Notes: generated by a model not told the origin, from the sequence alone. Positions 50,456-63,662 are shown, numbered from the stretch's first letter. The stretch is 64,000 nt of DNA from Patescibacteria group bacterium (GCA_038065075.1 JBBTRQ010000019.1:9456-73455), one strand, 5' to 3'. Program-made: numbers and translations.

Positions 50456-51868
50456 TCACGTACCTTTTTTCACGAACGAACCCGTTTCCCCATCCTCGAC
50501 GGAGTAGCCTAGCTCTGCAATACGGGCGCGGAGCTCGTCGGAGCGTGACCAGTCTTTTTGTTTACGAACAGCCTCTCTTTCTTCCACGAGCAGACGAACA
50601 TCATGTGGAATCTCCAAAGGCTTGTTGATATATTCATCAAGTCTCAAACCAAGCACTCGATCCATCTGTAATAAAGCCGCACTTTTACCAGATGTCGGGA
50701 TATTGTGATGAATCAGATCCCACAAAACTGACAATGCTCGAGGCGTATTCAGGTCGTCATTGAGCTCCTGCATGAACTGCAACACATGGCCACTAGCACC
50801 ACCTAAATCTCCTGGAGCATCCCATGCTCTTACGACTTGACGAATTCTGTCCAAAGCGAATTGTGCCCCTTCAAGTGCGTCGAAAGAAAAATTGAGTTTT
50901 GATCGATAGTGACCCTCCAAGACGAATAAACGAAACGCGAGAGGGTCGAAGCCACGTGCAACCAAGTCGTCGATCGTGTAGAGATTGCCCAGCGACTTGC
51001 TCATCTTGCCACCCTCGACCGTGAGGAACTCGTTGTGCATCCAGACATTCGCCTCGAGCACGTTCTCCGCGCCCATGGTCTGAGCGATCTCATTCTCGTG
51101 GTGCACCGCGATATGGTCGACACCGCCTGTGTGGATATCAAACGGGACATCCAGATACTTGAGCGACATGGCAGAACACTCGATGTGCCAACCAGGGAAC
51201 CCCTTACCCCACGGTGACTCCCACTCCATCAACCGTTCATGCGGTTGATGTCCTGAGCCGTGAGCCTGTCGAACGGTCGAAGGGCTAAATTTCCACAGCG
51301 CAAAGTCCGTCGCGTTGCGTTTCTCCCCCATCTCGACTCGTGCGCCTGCTTTCTTCTCCTCCGACTTTTGGCCAGAGAGTCTCCCGTACTCGGCGAGTTT
51401 ACTTGTATCAAAGTAAATCCCATCGCTGGTCTTGTAGGTGTAGCCGTTCTTCTCGAGCGCCTCGATCATCTCAATCTGCTCGGCAATGTGATCGGTCGCC
51501 TTTGGATAGATGTTGGCCGGCTTGATGTTGAGCGCCTCCAAATCTTTCTTGAACGCCGACGTGTAAAACTCGGCGATCTCATACGCCGTCTTCCCTTCCC
51601 GTTTCATCGCCACGATCATCTTGTCCTCGCCCTCGTCCTCGTCACTCGTCAAATGCCCGACGTCGGTGATGTTCATGACCTGCTTCACCTCATAGCCGCC
51701 CAGCTCGAGCGTGCGACGCAAGATGTCGGCGAACAAAAAACTCCGCATGTTCCCGATGTGTGCAAACCAATACACCGTCGGGCCACAGCTATACATCCCG
51801 ACTTTCCCCTCGTGGATAGGTTTGAGTTCCTCTTTCTGGCGATTCAGTGTGTTGTAGAGATGGATCAT
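50456..51868 (-). CDS. cysS: Cysteine-tRNA ligase
   Basis: CGPTVY, HIGN, PGWHIEC, HHENE, KMSKS. Confidence 0.97.
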   Translation of the reverse strand: MIHLYNTLNRQKEELKPIHEGKVGMYSCGPTVYWFAHIGNMRSFLFADILRRTLELGGYEVKQVMNITDVGHLTSDEDEGEDKMIVAMKREGKTAYEIAEFYTSAFKKDLEALNIKPANIYPKATDHIAEQIEMIEALEKNGYTYKTSDGIYFDTSKLAEYGRLSGQKSEEKKAGARVEMGEKRNATDFALWKFSPSTVRQAHGSGHQPHERLMEWESPWGKGFPGWHIECSAMSLKYLDVPFDIHTGGVDHIAVHHENEIAQTMGAENVLEANVWMHNEFLTVEGGKMSKSLGNLYTIDDLVARGFDPLAFRLFVLEGHYRSKLNFSFDALEGAQFALDRIRQVVRAWDAPGDLGGASGHVLQFMQELNDDLNTPRALSVLWDLIHHNIPTSGKSAALLQMDRVLGLRLDEYINKPLEIPHDVRLLVEEREAVRKQKDWSRSDELRARIAELGYSVEDGETGSFVKKGT

Positions 51869-51947
51869 ACGACGATCAGTATATCGTCTGCCCATCAAAA
51901 ACAAAAGGCGTCTTGACCGACGACTTTGATAAAATTCCTTATGAGCA

Positions 51948-52502
51948 TTAATCCTTCTCACCTCCCCCGAATACCGCCATCGCAATGACGGGAAGTGTCA
52001 CCCAAATCGCCCGTGCAATATCACTCATGAAAATCGTTTGCGTAAATGGCGAAAGAATGTTGGCGAGATCCGCGGGAAAAAATGAAAGTGTGACGCTAAT
52101 CAACAATCCGACGTGCAGGAACGAATAGATCATCACCTGCCAAAATTTTCCTTGTGAGGTCGCATGGCCAAACGCCTTCATGAGAGCGGAGTGCGACAGG
52201 AAGAAGAAGAGCAAGATGAACACGCCCAGGAACACCGAGACACGCAGTGCGAACGTATCATTGAGCGAGATGCCGGCGCTGTCCACGTCCGTCAAAAACG
52301 GCATGTAATTCACGATCGCGAGCGCCATGTAGATCGAGACCAGGATCACAATGATGCGATCACGTCCCAACGACACGCCGTAGATAAGCGACGCCACGAC
52401 AAAAAAGAGAATAATAAAAAGATCCCAGGTGGGCTCGAGCCAGTTCACGCTGTTGACCGCATTAAGGACGGTCTCCTGATCGAAAATCGCTGTTTGGAAC
52501 AT
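51948..52502 (-). CDS. Membrane protein (CvpA-like)
   Basis: Five TM helices. Confidence 0.65.
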   Translation of the reverse strand: MFQTAIFDQETVLNAVNSVNWLEPTWDLFIILFFVVASLIYGVSLGRDRIIVILVSIYMALAIVNYMPFLTDVDSAGISLNDTFALRVSVFLGVFILLFFFLSHSALMKAFGHATSQGKFWQVMIYSFLHVGLLISVTLSFFPADLANILSPFTQTIFMSDIARAIWVTLPVIAMAVFGGGEKD

Positions 52503-52520
52503 ATCCTCCTAAAGGTGCCT

Positions 52521-52624
52521 CGTCATTGCGAGGGAGCGTAGCGACCGAAGCAATCTTTCATCGAAGGATTGCTTCGCTGGCGCTCCCGCCGTCGCTAAAG
52601 CTATGGCGGGCAGGCGCAATGACA
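52521..52624. repeat. CGTC-type REP doublet with a nested CCGCCGTCGCT-type hairpin
   Basis: CGTCATTGCG...GCAATC...GATTGC...[CCCGCCGTCGCTAAAGCTATGGCGGG]...CGCAATGACA. Confidence 0.8.
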
Positions 52625-52646
52625 CAGACTTGATGGAAACAGTATA

Positions 52647-53216
52647 TCACCTGGTCGTACCGCGAGCGAGAACGCGGTCGAGAAGATCCGACTCATCTGC
52701 TCTGAGAGTCGCAAGCGCGATCTGAACAGAACCACCGAAGTCGATGTCTCTACCCTCAAGCTGTGCCAGCGCCACGGCCGTCGCCCGATGGTGACCTTCA
52801 ATACAGACAATGCGATCAGTTCCTTCGAGTCGCAGGCCGAAAAAGGTCGTCGATGGTGGGAAGTGTGCCATGAGAGAAGCAACTTTCCCGTGCGCATGAA
52901 GAGGAACAGCTTGTTCGGGCACGCGGACGAGGTCGGCAAACGTATGACGATTAGGCGCCGGGAGTTTTGATTGCCAGCCGGAGAATGGTCCAACGAGCAT
53001 GGCAGGAATCTCTTTCATGGGGTCAGTGAACTCGAAAAGATTCCACTCTCTCGCTGACGCATCGATCTGGTCTCCCGTAAACCGCCGCCACGATTCCCAA
53101 TCCGGCCAGCCCTTTAAGACCGTCGCACAGTGAACCCAGCCTGGATCACTTCCCTCGCGCTGTTTCCAATCCTGAAATATTTCTTCCCACGTTATGGGAC
53201 GAATGAGGTTGAGCAT
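52647..53216 (-). CDS. Hypothetical protein (ParB/Srx-like EGHHR motif)
   Basis: IVCIEGHHRATA; Trp-rich N-terminus. Confidence 0.6.
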   Translation of the reverse strand: MLNLIRPITWEEIFQDWKQREGSDPGWVHCATVLKGWPDWESWRRFTGDQIDASAREWNLFEFTDPMKEIPAMLVGPFSGWQSKLPAPNRHTFADLVRVPEQAVPLHAHGKVASLMAHFPPSTTFFGLRLEGTDRIVCIEGHHRATAVALAQLEGRDIDFGGSVQIALATLRADESDLLDRVLARGTTR

Positions 53217-53392
53217 AACGGTTCGATCATAGCATGAAACCAAAAACCCGCCGTCGCTCCATGAGGAGCTATGGCGGGCGGACAGCCCTCTTCAGGCTGC
53301 TTTGGTGGTGCTCTGACTATTTGACCGCCTCTTGGGAGTATGCCTTACTAGGGTCGCGCGTCGATTCAGGCGTGTGACAACCGGAGAGTAAC

Positions 53393-54850
53393 GTGAGGAC
53401 TTCCCTCGTTCGATTCAATTCGGAAAACGTGCCCGTGCACACGACGGACTACCGCTTCCGGCGCTTCTTCAACTGGTTCCCGCTCGGGCTCGGCTACGCG
53501 AGCCTGATGTTCATGCGCTACAGCCTGAACCCGGCCAAGAGCGCGCTGGGCGACAAGCTCATGGACATCAAGCAGTTCGGCTTCATCTTCGGGGTGGGCG
53601 CCTTCCTCTACTTCGTCGGCATGATGATCAACGGCCCGCTGGTCGACCGCAAGGGCGGCCGCTGGGGCATGATCACTGGTGTGACGGGAGCGGGTCTGGC
53701 GAACCTGGTGATGGGCGCCGTGGTCTACGGCGTGATGGTGCGCGGCTGGACGGTGTCGCTGTTCTGGTCGTTGCTCATCCTCTACGGTGTCAACATGTTC
53801 TTCCAGAGCCTGGGGGCCATGTCGATCGTGACCACGAAGATGCCGTGGTTCCATGTGCGCGAGCGCGGAACCTTCGGCTTCATCTTCGGGGTGATGATCA
53901 GCCTGGGGATCTACTTCGCCTTCGACTGGGGCTATGCGATCCGCACGGTCACGCGCGCTTCCGGCGTCGTCCTGGAAAACCTCGGTCTGACCGAGACGGC
54001 CTTCTTCCACCTGCTGGGCGCGGCCAACTCCGGCATCGACGCCAACTGGTGGCTGTTCCTCTTCCCGCCGCTCTTCGCGATCCCGTGGCTGGTGGCCATG
54101 GTGATCTGGCTCCGCAACCTGCCCTCCGATGCCGGATTCGCCAACTTCGAGACCGGCGACCAGCACGTCGCGGACCGCACGCTCGGCCTGTGGGAGATGA
54201 TCAAGACAATCGCCCACGATCCGCGTCACCGCGTCCTGCTCGTCATCTGCTTGATCGAGTTCTGCTCGGGCACGATCCGCAACGGCGTGTTCCAGTACTA
54301 CCCGCAGTTCGCGAGCTCGGTCGGGTTCTACAAGGACTTCTTCCTGACCGCCAACTGGGGCCTGTGCCTGATGATCTGCGGGATCACCGGCGGCTTCATG
54401 ACCGGGTGGATCTCGGACAGGTTCTTCAACTCCCGCCGCGGCCCCATGGTCCTGATCTCCTACGGCCTGATGATCGCGGCGGTCATCATGATCCTCTCCT
54501 CGCTGGGCAACAACGCGCTGGGCGTCGGATCGATGATCACCGCCGTGGGCGTGCTGATCGTGGCCACCTGCATCATCGGCGTGCACGGCATCCTCTCGGG
54601 AACGGCCGCCGGCGACTTCTCCGGCACGAAGAACACGGGCAAGGCCGTGGGCATCGTGGACGGGTGCGTCTACCTCGGCACCGGCCTGCACTCGATCCTC
54701 ATGGGCTATGCGCTCTCCACCGGCGAAGCGGCCAAGAACCCCGCGACCTGGATCGGTTGGCCCGTCGCCATCCTGCCCTTCGTGGTGATCGGCGGCCTCC
54801 TCGCCTGGAAGATCCGCCACGCCTTCCCGACGGCTTCGCGCGCCCACTAG
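53393..54850 (+). CDS. MFS transporter, GlpT/UhpT (organophosphate:Pi antiporter)-like, GC-rich
   Basis: ~12 TM, GPLVDRKGGR, WFHVRERG, GWISDRFF..RRGP, G.A.GIVDG..YLG. Confidence 0.88.
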   Translation: MRTSLVRFNSENVPVHTTDYRFRRFFNWFPLGLGYASLMFMRYSLNPAKSALGDKLMDIKQFGFIFGVGAFLYFVGMMINGPLVDRKGGRWGMITGVTGAGLANLVMGAVVYGVMVRGWTVSLFWSLLILYGVNMFFQSLGAMSIVTTKMPWFHVRERGTFGFIFGVMISLGIYFAFDWGYAIRTVTRASGVVLENLGLTETAFFHLLGAANSGIDANWWLFLFPPLFAIPWLVAMVIWLRNLPSDAGFANFETGDQHVADRTLGLWEMIKTIAHDPRHRVLLVICLIEFCSGTIRNGVFQYYPQFASSVGFYKDFFLTANWGLCLMICGITGGFMTGWISDRFFNSRRGPMVLISYGLMIAAVIMILSSLGNNALGVGSMITAVGVLIVATCIIGVHGILSGTAAGDFSGTKNTGKAVGIVDGCVYLGTGLHSILMGYALSTGEAAKNPATWIGWPVAILPFVVIGGLLAWKIRHAFPTASRAH

Positions 54851-55000
54851 CGCAAGGATCGATCGCTCCCTCACGCCGCCTCCACTACGCACAGGGGCGG
54901 TCTTTATTTTGCAAACCAAAAACCCGCCGTCGCTCTAGCGAGCTATGGCGGGCGGGCAGCTTACTCGGCGCAGGCTAAAGCCTGCGGCTACCTGGGAGGA

Positions 55001-55369
55001 CTATTCCGCCATGGCGAGGGCGGGTTCGCCACCAGAGATATAGTTTGGCATCTCGGCCTCGACGAAGCCCAACATCTTCACGGACTTCGACACATGGTCG
55101 AGTGATTGGCTCTTGCGCGTCTCAAGTTCAAGGTTCTGATTCATGAGCGAAAGTTCATTGAGCTGTGTCTCGAGCTCGCGGATTTGATAGCCCTGCGAGA
55201 TCGACGCGTTCACCTGAATGATGTACGCCACAACCATGAGGGCGACGATCGCGAGGGAAACAATGTTTAACGCAACAACATGATTGCCGATCCACACACG
55301 CACGCTGATGCGGCGGGTGAGTTCATGCGTTGGCGAAAAAACAGCCGTTTGTATTGCAACTGGGGACAT
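55001..55369 (-). CDS. ftsL: FtsL-like cell division protein
   Basis: One TM plus coiled coil, directly downstream of rsmH. Confidence 0.6.
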   Translation of the reverse strand: MSPVAIQTAVFSPTHELTRRISVRVWIGNHVVALNIVSLAIVALMVVAYIIQVNASISQGYQIRELETQLNELSLMNQNLELETRKSQSLDHVSKSVKMLGFVEAEMPNYISGGEPALAMAE

Positions 55370-55417
55370 AAGCGACAGAGGTGGGGTCTCTATCGGATCT
55401 TGTGGATCCTCCTTAAA

Positions 55418-56284
55418 TTAGATTTTCTCTGCCACACGGAGCTTGGCACTGCGCGCTCGAGGATTCTCGAGCCGCTCTTCACGTGAGGCAATCACCGGTC
55501 GCTTCGTCACTACCTTGAGGGTCGGGGTGCGTTTAAAAAACTGTTTGATGATCCGATCCTCAAGGGAGTGGAAGCTGATGATCGCCAGGCGACCACCGGG
55601 GTTTAGTAAATTCACACACTCTGGAAGCACACGCTCTAACTCTCCTAATTCGTCGTTCACGGCAATTCTCAAGGCTTGGAACACTTTCGTCGCAGGATGG
55701 ATCTTGCCGTGCCGTCGTGTCGTGGACGCGATGAGTTCAGCAAGTTGGGTCGTGCGAGTAATGGGGTTCTTGTCTCGAGAACGGACGATGAGACGAGCGA
55801 ACGGTCGAGCATTGAGCTCTTCGCCGTACTGTCTGAAAATCCTCGCCAGCTCTTCTTCGGGCCAGGTATTCACAATCTCTTGTGCTGTCAGAGACTGTGA
55901 CTGGTCGTAGCGCATGTCTAGCGGTCCATCATTCTGGAAAGAGAATCCACGAGCTGGGTCGTCCACATGGACGGAAGAAAACCCCAGATCAAGAAGGATC
56001 GCGTTGACATGAGTAAATCCGTGAGCATAAGCGTGGGTTCGAACATGGGCATAGCTATCGTGCACGAGCACCACAGCAGAACCGAATCCAGAAAGACGTT
56101 CACGCGCCATTTCGAGATTCGCGGCATCACGATCGATGCCTAGGAGACGGCCGCCAGGAAGGACGCGCGGCAATAGGGTCGCCGCGTGCCCTCCCAGCCC
56201 CACAGTGCCGTCTATCAAAAGTGATTTCGGCTCCGGTTTGAGATAGTTGCTTACCTCGTCGAGGAGAACAGGTTTATGTTGCAT
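55418..56284 (-). CDS. rsmH: 16S rRNA m4C1402 methyltransferase
   Basis: HKPVLL, DGTVGLGGH, PLDMR, FQALRIAVN, FHSLED, RARSAKLR. Confidence 0.97.
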   Translation of the reverse strand: MQHKPVLLDEVSNYLKPEPKSLLIDGTVGLGGHAATLLPRVLPGGRLLGIDRDAANLEMARERLSGFGSAVVLVHDSYAHVRTHAYAHGFTHVNAILLDLGFSSVHVDDPARGFSFQNDGPLDMRYDQSQSLTAQEIVNTWPEEELARIFRQYGEELNARPFARLIVRSRDKNPITRTTQLAELIASTTRRHGKIHPATKVFQALRIAVNDELGELERVLPECVNLLNPGGRLAIISFHSLEDRIIKQFFKRTPTLKVVTKRPVIASREERLENPRARSAKLRVAEKI

Positions 56285-56382
56285 AAAATTCTGCCTCCTA
56301 TTGGTTGCCGAGGGTTGGAGCTCCGTTTAGGGAAAAGGTTCAGTTAAACCCCAAATGGCACTCCAAGCCTCGACTCCCAATC

Positions 56383-56814
56383 CTAGATTCCCAGCTCGCC
56401 TAACTTCTCGGCGACGGAATCGGCGTCGGTTTCCACCTGGTGCTTGTAGGTCTCCCACTTCTGCTCGTCCCAAATCTCGAGACGATTATAGAGACCGGCA
56501 ATGACCGCACTCTTGGCGAGCGTTGCATACGAACGCAGGTACTCCGGGAGGACGATCCTTCCCTGTTTGTCCAAGTCGACATCCATAGCACCCGCAAGCA
56601 TGAGTCGGGCGAAGGCGCGACTGTTGGACTGCCCCAGGGGCAAACCAGCGAGTTTCTCGGCAAGCTTGCCCCACTCCTCCTTGGGGAACAGGAAAAGGGA
56701 CGCATCTAAGCCTCGCGTCACAACGGCCCCCTTTGCGAGGCTCTTACGAAACTTTGTGGGTATCGCAAGACGTCCTTTTTCGTCTATCGCATGTTTATAC
56801 TCGCCTATAAACAT
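56383..56814 (-). CDS. mraZ: Transcriptional regulator MraZ
   Basis: MFIGEY.H.IDEKGR, DKQGR, EIW. Confidence 0.96.
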   Translation of the reverse strand: MFIGEYKHAIDEKGRLAIPTKFRKSLAKGAVVTRGLDASLFLFPKEEWGKLAEKLAGLPLGQSNSRAFARLMLAGAMDVDLDKQGRIVLPEYLRSYATLAKSAVIAGLYNRLEIWDEQKWETYKHQVETDADSVAEKLGELGI

Positions 56815-56903
56815 AATTCGATGGGGCCGTTGCTTGGCAGGAGTTAAATAAAAGTGAGCACCACCCTGAGCGAGGTCGCAGTGCGACCGAGTCGAAGGGC
56901 AGT

Positions 56904-56939
56904 CCCCACTTTTCTCCACCTGGAACCATTTTATTCCAC
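56904..56939 (-). promoter_or_regulatory. MraZ binding boxes
   Basis: GTGGA/ATGGT/GTGGA/GTGGG at 10-nt spacing upstream of mraZ. Confidence 0.75.
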
Positions 56940-57025
56940 CCTGTGACACGGGTCAACCAAAGTTACCCACAGTTGTGTACTAAAAAAGCCCGGTTTCCCG
57001 GGCGAAATCTATATCTCTGGATCTC

Positions 57026-57649
57026 TCAAACAAGCCCATTGATAACGCACGAATAAATTCCTCGAATCTTCCTTTGGATGGAATCATCCTCCAACATTTC
57101 CTCCGCATTCTTCATGACCCCATCGATCACCTCCGTGTTCGAGCTCAGGGTCACCCAGAAATTTCGGTAATGATCGAGCGTCGGGGACTGCTGATAGAGC
57201 GTTCGTTGAATCTGGGCATACGCGTTCATCACAGCAAGGTCTTCGTTGTTTGGTCGTTGAGGAAATTGGATATCGAGGATCATCCCCACATCCCCATTCA
57301 TCGACTGATAGCTTTGTAAATCCTCAACAACTTTTGCCGCGGAGATGAACTGCCAAACATGATTCCCTTGCTGTGTCTTCTCTTCCGGCCACTGGGAGAG
57401 CCCGACGTATTGCGGATGTGCGAGTCGGTCGTAGGTCAAATGCGTCGCCCACCCTTTCTCAAAGTCCGACAGTCCAGACGCAAACGGATCTTGTGGACTC
57501 GACCCAGCATGTGTGAGGTTTCGGTGGAGTTTGGTCATGTATCGAGAATCAGGATAGATCGTTCCAGCGTAATAGGCGGCTTCGTCGACAACTCCAAGAC
57601 GATCTTTCAGGTCTCGCGCGAATCGAACATGTGTGAGTTCCATGGCCAT
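57026..57649 (-). CDS. Putative Zn-dependent hydrolase (phospholipase C/P1-like)
   Basis: N-terminal TH, G..YPD, TH, GW.THL..D. Confidence 0.55.
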   Translation of the reverse strand: MAMELTHVRFARDLKDRLGVVDEAAYYAGTIYPDSRYMTKLHRNLTHAGSSPQDPFASGLSDFEKGWATHLTYDRLAHPQYVGLSQWPEEKTQQGNHVWQFISAAKVVEDLQSYQSMNGDVGMILDIQFPQRPNNEDLAVMNAYAQIQRTLYQQSPTLDHYRNFWVTLSSNTEVIDGVMKNAEEMLEDDSIQRKIRGIYSCVINGLV

Positions 57650-57650
57650 A

Positions 57651-57899
57651 CTAAATCACGACACGAACAATCGCATACACCGCGATCGCGCACCAGATGA
57701 GGTTCAGGACGGCGGGCTGATAGTTTTTATCGGCGAGTGCATCGATGACAATACCTGCACCACCCACGAGGTTCAATACGTGATACCCCACTGACGTCGA
57801 TTCGAGAATATCAAAACTGAGAAGCGCATACGCTAACAGGATGGATAGCACCCCGACCCACCCAGCAAACTCCGTAAGGGACTCTTGGAACTTCGTCAT
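57651..57899 (-). CDS. Small 3-TM protein (CBU_0592-like)
   Basis: GWVG..IL.AY, Y..LNLVG, LN..W. Confidence 0.7.
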   Translation of the reverse strand: MTKFQESLTEFAGWVGVLSILLAYALLSFDILESTSVGYHVLNLVGGAGIVIDALADKNYQPAVLNLIWCAIAVYAIVRVVI

Positions 57900-59338
57900 A
57901 CTCTTTTCAATAACTTTTTAGATCTCAATGTACGGTGATATCTTACCGCAAATCGGTGCGCTTCGTCGCGGGCTTTTTGGAAGAGCTCCTTGCCGCGCAC
58001 CGCGACTCGGGCGAGCTCCTCGTTGGAGCGGTCGAACACAAGCCGATCCTGCTTGCGATCAAACCCCTTGGCGAGTCCGACAATCGGCACCTTTACGCCA
58101 AGTTCATCCAGGACGGCTTGGACACGATTCACTTGTGGTAGTCCCCCATCGATGACCATGACCTGCGGAAGGTCCCAGATTCGCTGTGCACTCCCACCCC
58201 CCTTTATCCCCTCTTCGACCGCGAGCTCAGAGTCGAGCGACCCTCGGGCAGGGGGGAGTGCGCGTCGGAGTCTCCTCCTCATCATCTCCTCCATCATCGC
58301 CACATCGTTTGGCCCCACGACCGTCTTGATCTTGAACTTACGGTACTTATCCTTTACTGGCTTCCCCTCCTCGAATACCACCATCGAGCCCGTGGCCGAC
58401 GTTCCAGAAATATTACTGATATCGTACGCCTCAATGCGGCCTTCGAGGTTGATCGTCCCATCCTGGGGTTCACGCGAGAACGGAAGGTCGTGGTCCTCCC
58501 GAGAAAGCAGAGCGATGTCTTGAATGTGCCGGAGCGCGCCCAGTCGTCGCCGATAGACAGCGGCATCCTCGAATCGTAACTCTTTGGCGGCACGCTTCAT
58601 CTCGCGCTCCAGTTCCCGCTCGAGCTTGAGTTTCTTTCCATCGAAAAACGTGATGAGTTGCCGGATGTATCGTTGGTACTCCGTCCTCGAGATCACACCG
58701 CGACACACGCCAGGACACTTCCCGATCTGCGAGTTGAAACATCCTCGCATCCGGCCGGTAACTTCCGGCGGCTCACACGTCGACCAAGGAATGATGCGAC
58801 GGATCATCTCAAGGGCGATCTTCAGCGAATGCCCGCTCGTGTACGGCCCGAAAATTCGAAGGAACTTCCCCAAACTTCTCGAGCCCCTTACTCCTTTTAA
58901 TCCTCCTACTCCTCCTACTCCTCTCCCCCACGGATTCACGCCCATCTGCCTAAGCTCGTGTCCGCGAATCAACAGCGGCTTGGGGAACGGTTCACTGGTG
59001 ATGACAAGGAATAGAAACGTCTTGTCGTCGCGTGCCAAGATGTTGTACTTGGGAAGTAGCGCCTTGATCTTGTTGGCCTCCAGCACCAGCGCCTCGATCA
59101 CGGTAGGCGTCTCGATGTAATCAATGCGGGCGATCTGGCCGACCATCTCTTCAATCCGCCTTCCCGCCCTGAGCGAAGTCGAAGGGTCGTGAGCTTTCGA
59201 CCAATAAGATCCGACCCGCCGCTTGAGCGACGTCGCCTTCCCCACGTATAGAAGCCGACCAGAATCGTCAAAATACAAGTACACCCCGGGGGCGTCCGGG
59301 AGTTCTGTATTCTTGATCTTGATCGATGGAGGAATCAC
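57896..59338 (-). CDS. uvrC: Excinuclease ABC subunit C (no C-terminal HhH)
   Basis: PGVY..YVGKA..L..RV, UVR domain, IEAYDIS, IDGG..Q, RDEAHRFA. Confidence 0.93.
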   Translation of the reverse strand: MIPPSIKIKNTELPDAPGVYLYFDDSGRLLYVGKATSLKRRVGSYWSKAHDPSTSLRAGRRIEEMVGQIARIDYIETPTVIEALVLEANKIKALLPKYNILARDDKTFLFLVITSEPFPKPLLIRGHELRQMGVNPWGRGVGGVGGLKGVRGSRSLGKFLRIFGPYTSGHSLKIALEMIRRIIPWSTCEPPEVTGRMRGCFNSQIGKCPGVCRGVISRTEYQRYIRQLITFFDGKKLKLERELEREMKRAAKELRFEDAAVYRRRLGALRHIQDIALLSREDHDLPFSREPQDGTINLEGRIEAYDISNISGTSATGSMVVFEEGKPVKDKYRKFKIKTVVGPNDVAMMEEMMRRRLRRALPPARGSLDSELAVEEGIKGGGSAQRIWDLPQVMVIDGGLPQVNRVQAVLDELGVKVPIVGLAKGFDRKQDRLVFDRSNEELARVAVRGKELFQKARDEAHRFAVRYHRTLRSKKLLKRV

Positions 59339-59362
59339 AGCTAAGCTGTAAACGTAATTTCT

Positions 59363-59415
59363 GGTAGCCGCAGGCTTCAGCCTGCGCCGAACGCGGGCTA
59401 ATGCCCGCGGCTACC
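59363..59415. repeat. GTAG-type REP doublet
   Basis: GGTAGCCGCAGGCTTCAGCCTGCG...CGCGGGCTAATGCCCGCGGCTACC; related single unit at 54969-54992. Confidence 0.75.
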
Positions 59416-59434
59416 GTTAACTCTAGCATTTCTT

Positions 59435-59929
59435 ATGAAATATTTTCTATCCCTTTTAGCCATGGTGGCCCTAGCCGGCGCAGGTTGCGCGCAGGTAAGC
59501 ACGTCCGTTGATACGGAGGCGGAAGTTGACACCGCGGAGGAATCCGCTCCCGTGACTATCGAGGTCACCGCAGAAGGAGAAGCCATCGTCACTCAGGAAG
59601 GCGAAACGACCATCGATGAAAATGGCGTTCCTGTCACGGAGATCATCTTGGGAGCAGAAGCGGATGTCGAGGTGGACATGGAGGCGGCGAACTTCTCATT
59701 CACTCCCAATGTCATCAACGCCTCGCCCGGCGACCGCGTGAGTGTGACCTTCACAAAGAACAGCGGATTCCACACCTTTACCATTGATGAGGCCGGAGTC
59801 GAGTTCGCCATTGCCGAGGGAGAAAAATTGAACTTCACGGCGCCGGATGAGCCAGGATCCTATCCATTCTACTGCTCGATCGGCTCTCACCGAGCACAGG
59901 GCATGGAGGGGACACTGATCGTGAAATAA
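59435..59929 (+). CDS. Cupredoxin-domain lipoprotein
   Basis: Lipobox GAGC; type-1 Cu ligands H...C-SIGS-H-RAQG-M. Confidence 0.88.
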   Translation: MKYFLSLLAMVALAGAGCAQVSTSVDTEAEVDTAEESAPVTIEVTAEGEAIVTQEGETTIDENGVPVTEIILGAEADVEVDMEAANFSFTPNVINASPGDRVSVTFTKNSGFHTFTIDEAGVEFAIAEGEKLNFTAPDEPGSYPFYCSIGSHRAQGMEGTLIVK

Positions 59930-59970
59930 TACCGACAGACAAACAGAGAGGCTCCCCTCTCTGTTTTCAT

Positions 59971-61016
59971 TTACTTAATCGTCATACTGGCGAGAAATTC
60001 CTCGTAGACTTCTGGGTCGAGCTCAGGATTGGCGGCCACGACGTAGTAGCGCGTATAGCCTTCTGCAGACCGAAAGTCTGTCACGATGTGGCGTTCATTG
60101 CGCCAAGACGGTTGGTCGGCAAAGTCCGCGACATCGGCGTTCTTCTCGATGTCATATTGTCGAGCGACATAATCACCTGTGCCCACCGTAAGATCCTCGG
60201 TCGAGTGAATCGTAACCGTCGAAAGCGTGAGGAATGAACTCGCGTCAAAATATCGAATGAAAATTTGCGATCGTTCTCGCGCCACTCCTTCGCCAGCCAG
60301 CGTGTACAGGTTGAGCGACTGGATCGATGGGATGTACTCGATGTCCCAGCCGGCTGGTACGTCGAACTCAATCGAGAACGAGTCCCAACCATCATAGATA
60401 AACTCTGACGACCGACGATCGATTATGTCCGACCGGACATAATCGAATGGGTTCAGCCAGTCACCGACCGCCTCGGCATCTACCTCATACCCTTTCAATC
60501 GAACCTCGTCGCCCTCGTACATCGCTAAGTGTAAATGTTCACGTTCACCGTCTGTTTCCTCTCCTTCCTCTCCGAGCACCGCAATTTGTTCTCCCTCACC
60601 GACCGTCTCACCGAGATCGCGCATCGACGACGGATCGAGATGCCCGTACAGATACGACTGTGTCCGATCGGACATTATTGTTTTTACGACCATGACCCCG
60701 CCGTAGCCGGAAACCCAACCACCGTACGTCACTTCACCGGCCTCGATAGCGTAGACCGGTGTGTCGGCTGGTGCTTCCAGATCGATCGCAACGTGGTAGC
60801 CACTAAACCGATCCTCAAAGTACTCGCCGAAACCCTTGTAGATGAGTTCGCCGTCGACTGGAAGCGGTGGTTGTGTCATCTCGAGCGACTCCGAGCTTGC
60901 CGAGGAGGAGTCGAGAGATCCCTCGACTTCGCTCCCTTCGGTCGCTCCGCTCGGGATGACACCAGACGCGGGAGTGCAACCAAACCCCACGAGTAACAAG
61001 CTGGCGATAATGTATC

Positions 61017-61020
<4 letters not shown>
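59971..61020 (-). CDS. M23 family peptidase lipoprotein
   Basis: Lipobox GFGC; HVAID, YGHL, HLH. Confidence 0.88.
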
Positions 61021-63635
<2,615 letters not shown>

Positions 63636-63662
63636 ATGATGAAGGGTCTGTTTTCGATGTCT

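Noticed and set aside
53366-54919. 517-aa minus-strand ORF and 377-aa alternative-frame ORF
   Set aside because: Shadows of the GC-rich MFS gene
57896-59338. uvrC as a pseudogene because it lacks the HhH tail
   Set aside because: Both nuclease domains are intact and the stop is coupled to the next gene; short UvrC forms are common in CPR
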